Shown here in pieces: positions 1 through 7,932 of a stretch of 33,921 bases of DNA (its first letter is position 1; the number at the start of each line of letters is the position of its first letter). Origin of the DNA: Stellaceae bacterium (lineage in GTDB: Bacteria; Pseudomonadota; Alphaproteobacteria; ATCC43930; CGMCC-115725); contig DATMZZ010000099.1 in NCBI GenBank assembly GCA_035573175.1, forward strand, positions 1 through 33,921. The letters are read 5' to 3'. The notes beneath the pieces were generated by a model. That model made no database searches and was not told the origin of the DNA. It worked only from the letters and a program-made list of their open reading frames with translations. Made by a program: the position numbers and the translations under genes.

Positions 1-197
1 TGATCGCCGAGTGCGCCGAAATCCTCTGCGCTCAATCCTTCTGCCAGCACGACATCGATCGCGTGCCGATCGAGCAGGCGCTGCAAGGCCGAAACATCGC
101 TGACGCTATCGATGAAGACACCGCTCGCATGCGCAACGGCCGCGAGAGCGTCCCGGCGGACGCTCTCGCGCGCGAAGATCGCAATGTTCGACATCAT
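1..197 (-). CDS. Partial CDS (N-terminal part only; continues past the left window edge): hypothetical protein, possibly an atypical receiver-like N-terminus
   Basis: Manual reverse-strand translation from ATGATG at 197-192 gives MMSNIAIFARESVRRDALAAVAHASGVFIDSVSDVSALQRLLDRHAIDVVLAEGLSAEDFGALGD. The frame stays open to position 1 and third codon positions are GC-rich. It is missing from the ORF track because it has no stop in the window. No family recognised with certainty. Confidence 0.35.
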   Translation of the reverse strand, partial: MMSNIAIFARESVRRDALAAVAHASGVFIDSVSDVSALQRLLDRHAIDVVLAEGLSAEDFGALGD

Positions 198-237
198 CTT
201 TATGTGGGAGCGCTGCGGCGCGGGCCCAAGACCGGCG

Positions 238-1113
238 TTACCGCGCCGGTCTTTCGCCGATGGTCAGACTGAGCTTTGCCGGCGCGCCACCCCGGATGAG
301 ATCGAGTTGCACCTGGGTCCCAACCGATTCCGGCGTCAGCAGATGCATCACCTGGCGCACGCGATTCACCGGCTTGCCGTTCCAGGCGGTGATGATGTCG
401 CCGACGAGCAGTCCGGCTTTCACAGCAGGTCCATCGGGATCGAGGCTGATCGCCAGCACACCCGCCGGCTGCGCCACCGGCCGCAGGCCGGCACCGAGAT
501 AGCCGCGCGCGATGCGGCCTTTGGCGAGGAGCTGATCGACGACGCGGTCGATGGTCGAGCGCGGAATCGCGAGCGCGCGGCGGCGTGGACCGGTCACCGC
601 CATGCCGAGCACCTCGCCTTTCGTGCTGACCAGCGCGCCGCCTTCGGCGCTCGGCGCCAAGCGGAGATCGAGGCGGATAAGATGATCGATCGTGCCGCCG
701 CGCCGACTGTGCCAGGCGCCGCCCGTGATCGCGACCATGCCCGAAGCGGCGATCGTGCCGCGCTCGTGCCGGCCGATGGCGAGCACGAGATTGCCGCTGC
801 GCAGGCTCGCCGCATCGCCCAGCGTCGCAACGCCCGCGCCATCGGCCTGGAAGCGCAGCACGGCAATGTCGGTGCTCGGGTCGCGGCCGGCGAGCGTTGC
901 CTGATGGATCTTGCCGTCGGCGGTCATGACTTCGATACCGTCATCGCGCTCGAGCGCCTCTTCGGCGGTAACGATGACGCCCGGCCGCCAATGGATGCCG
1001 CTCACCGGCCAGCGGCCGCCGCCGGCGACCGCGACCACGCCGGCCCCTGCCTGTTCGGCGAGATCGGCGAGGCGATCGGAAAATTGGCTGAGGAAGTCGA
1101 GGGTATCGGTCAT
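238..1113 (-). CDS. HtrA/DegP-like trypsin-fold domain plus C-terminal PDZ protein; canonical catalytic His and Ser not visible (possible pseudoprotease)
   Basis: ORF 238..1170(-). Start moved to ATG 1113 (MTDTLDF), which has GGAGAG 4 nt upstream. By-eye match to S1C motifs: VIVTAEEAL (compare TNxHV), DPSTDIAVLRF (Asp box), SAEGGALV (compare GNSGGAL). A PDZ-like region follows: RGYLG...GLLVGDIITAWNGKPV. Confidence 0.7.
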   Translation of the reverse strand: MTDTLDFLSQFSDRLADLAEQAGAGVVAVAGGGRWPVSGIHWRPGVIVTAEEALERDDGIEVMTADGKIHQATLAGRDPSTDIAVLRFQADGAGVATLGDAASLRSGNLVLAIGRHERGTIAASGMVAITGGAWHSRRGGTIDHLIRLDLRLAPSAEGGALVSTKGEVLGMAVTGPRRRALAIPRSTIDRVVDQLLAKGRIARGYLGAGLRPVAQPAGVLAISLDPDGPAVKAGLLVGDIITAWNGKPVNRVRQVMHLLTPESVGTQVQLDLIRGGAPAKLSLTIGERPAR

Positions 1114-1214
1114 GGGGCTCTCCGCTGGCTGCATGACGTCGATATGGCAGCCGGCGGCAGCCCGCACCATCCGCCGGATGGGCAGGGACCGCCGGGATCA
1201 GAGAGCAGACCGGC

Positions 1215-2042
1215 TCAGCAGCTCGGCACCGGCGCGGGCAAGCGCAGGAACGTCAGGCGCATGAAATCGGCGACTTTCTTCCACTTGTCGTCGCCATCGG
1301 ACGGCAGGTAATTGCCATGACCGTAATCGCAGGCATCGGCAATCTGCCAGGGCGTGAGGATTTGCGCCGATGCGGGCGTTACCGGCCCGTTGTAGCCGAG
1401 CGCGGGGCGGAACGGCGTGTGATCGTCGTGCAGGAGATCAGCGATGGGATCGCCGATGGTGAAGGCGATTTTCAGCACATCGTCTTTATGCGAGGCAAGC
1501 AACGATACGGTCGCGACCCTGCCCAAAGCAGCGGCATATTCGCCGGTGAAGCAGTCGCAATTGATCGCGCCGGCGGCGATGCAGGCCGTATCGACGCGAC
1601 CGTTGATCGACGTGATCGCCTGCAGCACGAAGCGCGCACCGAGGCTGTGCGAGGCGAAAGAGAAACTCTGCGTACCGGCCGCCCAAGTGTTGCAGAACTG
1701 CGCCAGGCGATGGCCGCAATCGATCGCGACATCGCCTTCGAAGGGATAGTCGACCACCGGCAGCCAGCTATCGCCGGGCCACAACATGCCGACGAAAAGA
1801 TTGGGGCTCGGAAGGTCGAGATGATCACCGAGCCGGCCCAATGCCTTCGTGCCGGCTGCGTAATTGACGTTGAAGCCGTGTGTCACGAAGAGAATGTTCT
1901 TGCCCGCGAAGATGCCCGGCACCTCAGCCCACGAAACAGCTTTGAGCGATGGCGGATTCGTCGTGCCATCGCCCTCGAGCAGATACGGATCGATCGCCGC
2001 ACCGCCGACGCCGGCCGAGCGGAAGTTGAGGAAATAGGTCAC
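1215..2042 (-). CDS. Alpha/beta hydrolase, DUF900 (PF05990)-like esterase/lipase fold
   Basis: ORF 1215..2165(-). ILFVTHGFNVN is followed by the nucleophile elbow SHSLGA, then later Asp/His candidates (SHKDD, DYGHGN). Start set to GTG 2042, which overlaps the upstream stop as GTGA; there is no in-frame ATG between 2165 and the conserved core. Confidence 0.7.
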   Translation of the reverse strand: MTYFLNFRSAGVGGAAIDPYLLEGDGTTNPPSLKAVSWAEVPGIFAGKNILFVTHGFNVNYAAGTKALGRLGDHLDLPSPNLFVGMLWPGDSWLPVVDYPFEGDVAIDCGHRLAQFCNTWAAGTQSFSFASHSLGARFVLQAITSINGRVDTACIAAGAINCDCFTGEYAAALGRVATVSLLASHKDDVLKIAFTIGDPIADLLHDDHTPFRPALGYNGPVTPASAQILTPWQIADACDYGHGNYLPSDGDDKWKKVADFMRLTFLRLPAPVPSC

Positions 2043-2749
2043 CGGCGGATTCCGCGCTGCGTCAGTTGCAGCGCGCCGCTCGCGGCCTGGAGCGAGGAGA
2101 CCAGGTCCTTGGCGACGGGCGCGAGCGGCACCGACACGAGTCCGACGATCAGGCCGAGGACGCAATTACCGGGACTGAAGCCGCCGGCATTGATCAAGCC
2201 GCTTGCGATGATGCCGAAGATCACGGCGACGATCATCGCCAGGATTTTCGTGCCATTGCGGTACTGCTGATCGGCGCGCTCATAAGCTTCGTCGAGGACC
2301 GCGCTCAAGATCGCATCGAATTGGCCAAGCGTATTGGTTTCGGCCGGTGTGAGCGGCTGTTGCGATCGCCCGGCGACCTTGTCCGCGACCGAAGCCAGAG
2401 TCTTTTCATCGACCCCCGCCGCCTTGGCCAGCTCGGCGGCATTGCCGGCGGTGAGGCCGAGATGGATAAGCGCTTTCGCCTTCGCCTTTTGGTCGGCCTT
2501 GGCGACGCCGTTGATCCAATTGGATTTGAGCGCATCGAGAAGTTCGGCCTCGTTGAAGGCGCCATTGGCCTGCTTCGGCAAGAATGGCAGGAGCGTTCGC
2601 TTGATGCTGGAAAAGCCGAAATTCGACGGCCCGCCGTTGAACGCTTTCATCACATCGACGAAACCCATCGACGCCGTGCCGAGCGCCGCCACCGCGGCGA
2701 TGATGTTCCCGACACTCTCTATCTCAATGAGGTTGGTTGGATCCGCCAT
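2039..2749 (-). CDS. Hypothetical membrane protein (1 N-terminal and 2 C-terminal hydrophobic helices around an Ala/Lys-rich helical region); no family recognised
   Basis: ORF 2039..2749(-), 236 aa, with GGGGGGAG 3 nt upstream of the ATG. Hydrophobic segments are IIAAVAALGTASMGFVDVM, ILAMIVAVIFGIIASGLI and CVLGLIVGLVSVPLAPVA. Codon usage is host-like. The stop overlaps the start of the next gene. Confidence 0.6.
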   Translation of the reverse strand: MADPTNLIEIESVGNIIAAVAALGTASMGFVDVMKAFNGGPSNFGFSSIKRTLLPFLPKQANGAFNEAELLDALKSNWINGVAKADQKAKAKALIHLGLTAGNAAELAKAAGVDEKTLASVADKVAGRSQQPLTPAETNTLGQFDAILSAVLDEAYERADQQYRNGTKILAMIVAVIFGIIASGLINAGGFSPGNCVLGLIVGLVSVPLAPVAKDLVSSLQAASGALQLTQRGIRR

Positions 2750-2929
2750 CGCTCCCCCCGAGGATGATCGTTGCCCGCACTCTAACCTGCCCTAGTTTCG
2801 GGTATGGGACGAAGGAAACGCAAGCGCAGCCTCTCACTCAACCGGGTGACTTCGCCCTAACCCCACGATCTACCGGGCAAAACCGTCGTCGTTAAAGCTT
2901 CGTTAGCGGGTTTCGGGGAAGCTTCACGG

Positions 2930-4210
2930 ATGCTCGGCGGCATGATCGCGTCTCGTCAATCGGCCGGCGCCGCCCCTGCTTGGGCCGGCGCGCCGCGCAT
3001 CCTCACTTTCACCACGCTTTTCCCGAACAGCGCCGCGCCCTCGCATGGCGTTTTCGTCGAGAACCGGCTGCGGCATCTCGTGGCGAGCGGACGGGTGTCG
3101 GCTCGCGTCGTTGCTCCTGTGCCGTGGTTCCCGAGCAGCGCACCGATCTTCGGTCGCTATGCCAACTTCGCCAAGGCGCCGCGCCATGAAGAGCGCTTCG
3201 GCATCGCCATCGAGCACCCGCGCTACCCGGTGCTGCCGAAATTCGGCATGAGCGTCGCGCCGCTGCTGCTCTTCCTCGCCGCGCTGCCGGTGCTCCGCCG
3301 CTTGCACGCCGAGCAGGATTTCGATCTCATCGATGCGCATTATTTCTACCCCGACGGCATCGCCGCCGCGCTGCTGGGCCGCGCGCTCGGCAAGCCGGTG
3401 ACGATCACCGCGCGCGGCACCGACATCAATCTGATCCCACAACACGCGTTGCCGCGGAAGATGATCGGCTGGGCCGGGGCGAAAGCCGCCGGCATGATCG
3501 CGGTGAGCGAGGCGCTGCGCCGCGAAATGATCGCGCAAGGCCTGCCCGCGCATCGCGTCCGCACGCTGCGTAACGGCGTCGACCTCACGATGTTTCAGCC
3601 AATAGTGCGCGATGAGACGCGCGCCGAGTTCGGCCTCGACGGACCGACGCTGCTCTCGGTCGGGCATCTCATCGAGCGCAAGGGCCATGACCGCGTCATC
3701 GCCGCCCTCGCCAAGCTGCCCGGCTATGCGTTGCTGATCGCCGGCGAGGGACCCGAGCGCACGGCGCTCGAGACGCTCGCCACATCGTGCGGCGTCGCCG
3801 ATCGCGTGCGCTTCCTCGGCAGCGTGCCGCATCGTGCCCTTGCCCGCATCTATTCCGCCGCGGACGCGCTGGTGCTGGCGTCGAGCCGCGAAGGCTGGCC
3901 GAACGTGTTGCTCGAAGCGATGGCTTGCGGCTCGCCGGTGGTTGCTTCGAATGTCTGGGGCGCGCCCGAGCTGGTTTGCGATCATGCTGCGGGCGTGTTG
4001 ATGCCCGAGCTCAGCGCCGAGGGCGTCGTCGCCGGCGTCAACGCGCTGTTCGCCGCGTTGCCGAGCCGCGAGGCCACACGCCGCTTCGCCGAGCGCTATA
4101 GCTGGGACGAGACCACCGCCGGTCAGATCCAGCTTTTCGAAGAAATCCTCTCCGGCCGCACCGCCGCCACACCGGCCACCGCGCCAACGCTCAGCGCGAG
4201 GGCGCTTTGA
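2930..4210 (+). CDS. Glycosyltransferase family 4 (GT-B, RfaG/EpsD-like)
   Basis: 426 aa ORF. The N-terminus RILTFTTLFPN...HGVFVENR and the C-terminal core SSREGWPNVLLEAMACGSPVVASNVWGAPE (the E-x7-E region) are typical of GT4 enzymes from polysaccharide loci. Confidence 0.85.
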   Translation: MLGGMIASRQSAGAAPAWAGAPRILTFTTLFPNSAAPSHGVFVENRLRHLVASGRVSARVVAPVPWFPSSAPIFGRYANFAKAPRHEERFGIAIEHPRYPVLPKFGMSVAPLLLFLAALPVLRRLHAEQDFDLIDAHYFYPDGIAAALLGRALGKPVTITARGTDINLIPQHALPRKMIGWAGAKAAGMIAVSEALRREMIAQGLPAHRVRTLRNGVDLTMFQPIVRDETRAEFGLDGPTLLSVGHLIERKGHDRVIAALAKLPGYALLIAGEGPERTALETLATSCGVADRVRFLGSVPHRALARIYSAADALVLASSREGWPNVLLEAMACGSPVVASNVWGAPELVCDHAAGVLMPELSAEGVVAGVNALFAALPSREATRRFAERYSWDETTAGQIQLFEEILSGRTAATPATAPTLSARAL

Positions 4211-5301
4211 TGCGCCAGCCCGCGCAGAAATACGGCACCGTTCTGCCACAGCCGCAGGTCAGCAATCACGCGCTCCTGGCGCCGATTGACCTCTTCGGTC
4301 AGAGCTTGCAGCCGATCGCCCTCGGCCGCGATGCGCCGCCGATGCTGCAGGTAATCATCGACGCGGAAGAGGAATTCGACTGGTCGCAGCCTTTCGACCG
4401 CCGCAACATCGGGGTCGAGAATCTGGCGCAGCAGGAAAAGGCGCAGCGCATCTTCGAGCGCTACGGCGTTCGCCCGACCTACGTCGTCGATTACGCGGTG
4501 GCCAGTCAAGAACAAGGTTTCGCACCGTTGCGCGCGATCATGGCGCGCGACGCCGCCGATATCGGCGCGCATCTTCAGCCCTGGATCAATCCGCCTTTCG
4601 ATGACGCGGTCGAAGACAGCGACCGCGTTCGCAGCTCTTTCCCCGGCAATCTGCCGGCCGAGCTCGAGCATGCAAAGCTGCGCATGCTGACCGAGGCGAT
4701 CGAAAGCAATCTCGGCATTCGTCCAACCGTTTATCGCGCCGGCCGCTACGGCCTCGGCCCGGCGAGCCTCGAAATGCTCGAGGCGCTCGGCTATGAGATC
4801 GATGCCAGCGTGTTGCCGCGCATCAACCTCAGCGACAAGCACGGGCCGGATTTCACCGCGATCGGGCCGGAGCCCTTCTGGTTCGGCGCCGGCCGCAAGC
4901 GGCTCGGCATTCCGCTCTCGGTCGGCTTCACCGGCTTCTTCGCGCGCCATCACCGGAGACTCGATCCGCTGGTCAATCAGCCGCTCGTCGAGGCGGCGCG
5001 GATCAAAGGCGCGGCATCGCGTTTCGGAATCTTCGATCGCATCTGCCTCTCGCCCGAAGGCTTCACCCTCGCCGAGCAGAAGCGGCTGACACGCCAACTT
5101 CTCGCGCAAGGCCAGCGGCTCTTCAATCTCTCCTATCACAGCCCGTCGCTGCTACCTGGCTCGACGGCATATGTGCGCAATGACGAAGAGCTCGAGCAAT
5201 TCCTCGAACGGCTCGAGGCCTATCTCGTCTGGTTCGCCGGCGAGCTCGGCGGCTGCTTCACCACGCCCGTCGAGATCAAGCGGCTGCTCGAGACGCGCTG
5301 A
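4210..5301 (+). CDS. WalW-type polysaccharide deacetylase-like protein (glycoside hydrolase/deacetylase fold)
   Basis: ORF 4207..5301. ATG at 4210 overlaps the GT4 stop as TGATG. VIIDAEEEFDWSQPF...YGVRPTYVVDYAV...YRAGRYGLG matches what I recall of WalW-annotated proteins. The family assignment is from memory. Confidence 0.65.
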   Translation: MRQPAQKYGTVLPQPQVSNHALLAPIDLFGQSLQPIALGRDAPPMLQVIIDAEEEFDWSQPFDRRNIGVENLAQQEKAQRIFERYGVRPTYVVDYAVASQEQGFAPLRAIMARDAADIGAHLQPWINPPFDDAVEDSDRVRSSFPGNLPAELEHAKLRMLTEAIESNLGIRPTVYRAGRYGLGPASLEMLEALGYEIDASVLPRINLSDKHGPDFTAIGPEPFWFGAGRKRLGIPLSVGFTGFFARHHRRLDPLVNQPLVEAARIKGAASRFGIFDRICLSPEGFTLAEQKRLTRQLLAQGQRLFNLSYHSPSLLPGSTAYVRNDEELEQFLERLEAYLVWFAGELGGCFTTPVEIKRLLETR

Positions 5302-5340
5302 GTCTTCTCATCGCCGCCGCGCCACGCCTATGATGGTGCA

Positions 5341-5754
5341 ATGCTCCAGGCGCTTCAGATCGCCGACGCACTCGCCATCGCCGAAGCCTCGCGCCGGCGC
5401 AGCCGCGATGAGCGCGCGATGGTCGATTACCTCGGCATCGGCCGCAAAGGCCTGCGTAAGATGCAGACCCCGATTCCGTCGCCCTTGGTGATCACGGATA
5501 CGATCGATCTCGCCGCTTTCGAGAGCGACGAGCGGCGCCACCTCGAGCATGCGATCGAAGCGCTATCGCCCGAGGCACGGCGCGAGCTGATCGCGCTGAT
5601 ATGGCTGGCGCAGCGGCCGAGCCTTGATTTCGCGGCCGCCATGCGGCGCACGCGGCGCATCCCGCCGCCGGCGCAAACCGGCTATCTCATGGGCGTACGG
5701 CTCGAGCGCTATATCGCGCTCGGCCTCGAAAAGCTCGGTTACCGGCCGGCGTGA
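5341..5754 (+). CDS. DUF3775 domain protein
   Basis: C-terminal LSPEARRELIALIWLAQRPSLDFAAAMRRTR...GYLMGVRLERYIALGLEKLGY fits the DUF3775 signature as I remember it. The start is uncertain; an alternative ATG lies at 5461. Confidence 0.6.
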   Translation: MLQALQIADALAIAEASRRRSRDERAMVDYLGIGRKGLRKMQTPIPSPLVITDTIDLAAFESDERRHLEHAIEALSPEARRELIALIWLAQRPSLDFAAAMRRTRRIPPPAQTGYLMGVRLERYIALGLEKLGYRPA

Positions 5755-6347
5755 GACTTGGTTGCCGGCGTTCGGCTGGCTGTCGCGAGTTCGCCGGCGA
5801 TGTTATCGCTCAGCTCGCCGAGAACATGGCTCATCGCCGCAACCTGATCGCTATAGCTGTTCGATCCGGCGCGCGCGCTCAAGCGGAGATGGTGGCTCGC
5901 GAGCGGCTTGTCGGAATCGCTCGCCGTCAACGACCAGCTCCCATCGAAGATCACCCGCCCGCTGGCATCCTCGTCGAATTGCAGGATATCGACCACGATC
6001 GCGTTATGGCGCGGCGGTGCCGGCTCTTGCGGCAGCACGACGCTGTTCGGCGGCAGGCGCTGGGTTAGATCCTGGGTCAGGACGCGTTGGATCACATTAT
6101 CCAGCGAGCCGCCCCAGCGGTTTTGGTCACTGACGTCGAGCTGATGCGGCGCGCTTTCGCGCACGATCTCCTGGCGGTCGAGCGTTGGTGGAATATGCAC
6201 CGCCGCGACCTGCACCGGGATCGAAGCGGCCGCGTGGATCGGCACCTGCGGCGACACCGGGTCAAGTGTGTAGAACTGTGTCTTCGGACTCGAGCCGCAG
6301 GCCGAGAGCAACGCAACGACACCAAGGGCGAGCCATCGCATCATCAT
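5739..6347 (-). CDS. PqiC/YmbA-like ABC-type transport auxiliary lipoprotein (DUF330)
   Basis: Lipobox MMMRWLALGVVALLSAC-GSS, then TQFYTLDP and DRQEIV...NRW, typical of DUF330 lipoproteins. The start overlaps the upstream stop (ATGA). Confidence 0.75.
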   Translation of the reverse strand: MMMRWLALGVVALLSACGSSPKTQFYTLDPVSPQVPIHAAASIPVQVAAVHIPPTLDRQEIVRESAPHQLDVSDQNRWGGSLDNVIQRVLTQDLTQRLPPNSVVLPQEPAPPRHNAIVVDILQFDEDASGRVIFDGSWSLTASDSDKPLASHHLRLSARAGSNSYSDQVAAMSHVLGELSDNIAGELATASRTPATKSHAGR

Positions 6348-7639
6348 TCGCCGCGCCCCTTGAGCAGCGCCTCGGGATGCTGATCGAGATAATTGGCGAG
6401 CGTGCGGACGGCGCGCCCGGCCTGGGTCAGCTCGGCCATCGCCTGCTGCAGATTGCCATTGGGCGAGGCCGGACTGCCGCCGCTCATCGACTTCAGCGCC
6501 GCCGCGGTCGCATCGATCTCCTTCGCTGTCGTGCGCAACGTATCGACGGTTTCGTGCAGGCTCTTGATCGTCGGCCCGATTTGCGGTCCCGCGGCCTTCA
6601 GCGTGCGATCGAGCTCGGCGACGCTTTGGTCGAGATGATCGATTGTGTCCTGGAGCTGCGGTCCCGATACCAGGCTGTCGATGTGATCGGTGATCGCTTT
6701 TACATTGTCGCCGATCTGGGCGACCGGCAGCTTGCCGACCTGATCGACGACGCTCTGGATGCCGCCGCCGCTCGCCGCCGGTATTTCGGGATATTCCTTG
6801 CCTGTGCCGAGATCGGCGTTGCCCGAATCGGCAGTCATTTCCAGCGCGACCTGCTGCATACCGACGAGCGGCGGGGTTTGGCTCAACCGCGCCCGCAGCC
6901 CCTGACCGATCAACTTCGTCAGGGTCGCATCGAGCAGCGGCCGCCAGTTACCATTGGACGGCGCCCCACCCGAGAAATGGAAGCGCGTCGGATCGAGCAG
7001 CAGCACCGCCGGCGTCGTGATCTTGCCGCTCTTCGGATCGGTGACGAGTTGCGTGCTCTTCACCTCACCGACCGTGAAGCCACGCAAGGTCACGGGCGAA
7101 CCGTTTTTGAGGCCACCGGCATCGCCGTCGAAGGTGACGAGATAGGGCACAGACACGGCCAGCGGCATGGGGGGCGCGCCATCGATGCCGGCAAACTCGC
7201 GTGTCGACTCGCCAACGCCGGGCACCATCTCGATCGTCGGCCCTGAAATCACGGATTTCAGGGAAGAAAGATCGGTGAGGCTGGGCGAGCCGCCTTTCAG
7301 ATAAAAGCGCGTGCCGGTGTTGAGATCGTCCCGGACCGACGTATCGATATCGGCTTTGGCGATGACATGGCTGAGATCATGCGCGAGAAAGATGTCGGTG
7401 ACCTGACCGATTTCGAGACCGCGGTAGACGATCTTTGTGTCTTTTTTCTTCATGCCGCCGGCATCGTCGAACCGCATCGTGATCGTGATGCCGCTGGTAC
7501 TTACCTCGCGAACGGCGAGCCAGGCGCAGATCGCGATCGCGGCGATCGGTACTGCCCAGATCCAGCCAGGCCAGCGGCTTTTTTTCTGGATCGCCGCGGT
7601 GCGCGACGACGCTTGATCGGCATGGCCAGCGTGGCTCAT
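6344..7639 (-). CDS. PqiB-like MCE (MlaD-family) intermembrane transport protein, apparently two MCE domains plus a C-terminal helical region
   Basis: ORF 6344..7759(-). Start moved to ATG 7639 (MSHAGHADQ), placed before the single TM helix WIWAVPIAAIAICAWLAV. MCE-like blocks are KIVYRGLEIGQV and PVTLRGFTVGEV. The C-terminus is a long coiled region. Confidence 0.75.
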   Translation of the reverse strand: MSHAGHADQASSRTAAIQKKSRWPGWIWAVPIAAIAICAWLAVREVSTSGITITMRFDDAGGMKKKDTKIVYRGLEIGQVTDIFLAHDLSHVIAKADIDTSVRDDLNTGTRFYLKGGSPSLTDLSSLKSVISGPTIEMVPGVGESTREFAGIDGAPPMPLAVSVPYLVTFDGDAGGLKNGSPVTLRGFTVGEVKSTQLVTDPKSGKITTPAVLLLDPTRFHFSGGAPSNGNWRPLLDATLTKLIGQGLRARLSQTPPLVGMQQVALEMTADSGNADLGTGKEYPEIPAASGGGIQSVVDQVGKLPVAQIGDNVKAITDHIDSLVSGPQLQDTIDHLDQSVAELDRTLKAAGPQIGPTIKSLHETVDTLRTTAKEIDATAAALKSMSGGSPASPNGNLQQAMAELTQAGRAVRTLANYLDQHPEALLKGRGE

Positions 7640-7824
7640 GGCAGCCCGCGATTGCTTCGGCTGCCGCCATGCCCAAGATGATTGCCGCACATCGACCCGA
7701 TCAGGGCGGCGCTCGCCGCCAGCGGCGCCGCGTGCTGCAAGGTTCCACACTCCGGGCAAGCGATGATCACGCGCGCCTCACCAGCGCCTAGCGTTCTTGC
7801 TACACCGGTAAAACGTGGGTGTGG

Positions 7825-7857
7825 CGCGGCCGTTCCCCGCCGAGGCGGGGAGCCGCG
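7825..7857 (-). terminator. GC-rich bulged hairpin downstream of prsT (possible terminator, no canonical U-tract)
   Basis: CGCGGC-cgt-TCCCCGC-cgag-GCGGGGA-GCCGCG. On the minus strand only a GTTTTA follows, about 10 nt later. Confidence 0.3.
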
Positions 7858-7932
7858 GAATTTATGCGGTTATATCGTGCTACGATATAAACGGCACGTT
7901 AGCCGGACAATCCCGGCGCTCGGGAACGCGGC

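Noticed and set aside
228-253. Hairpin AAGACCGGCG-ttaccg-CGCCGGTCTT near the end of the HtrA-like gene
   Set aside because: It straddles the stop codon (238-240) and the last codons of the gene, and it lacks a U-tract on the minus strand. It is not a convincing terminator.
2924-4249. 441-aa minus-strand ORF opposite the GT4 gene. Similar long antisense ORFs: 112..1311(+), 1317..2270(+), 2066..2767(+), 4123..5139(-), 6185..7246(+), 10734..11708(+), 12862..14193(+), 17034..18398(+), 18927..19613(+), 22041..23588(+), 25582..26574(+), 28761..29351(-), 29903..31030(-), 33188..33856(-)
   Set aside because: Each lies opposite a gene with clear family motifs, has an Arg/Ala/Gly/Asp-biased composition, and shows no motifs of its own. 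These are shadow ORFs of high-GC coding DNA.
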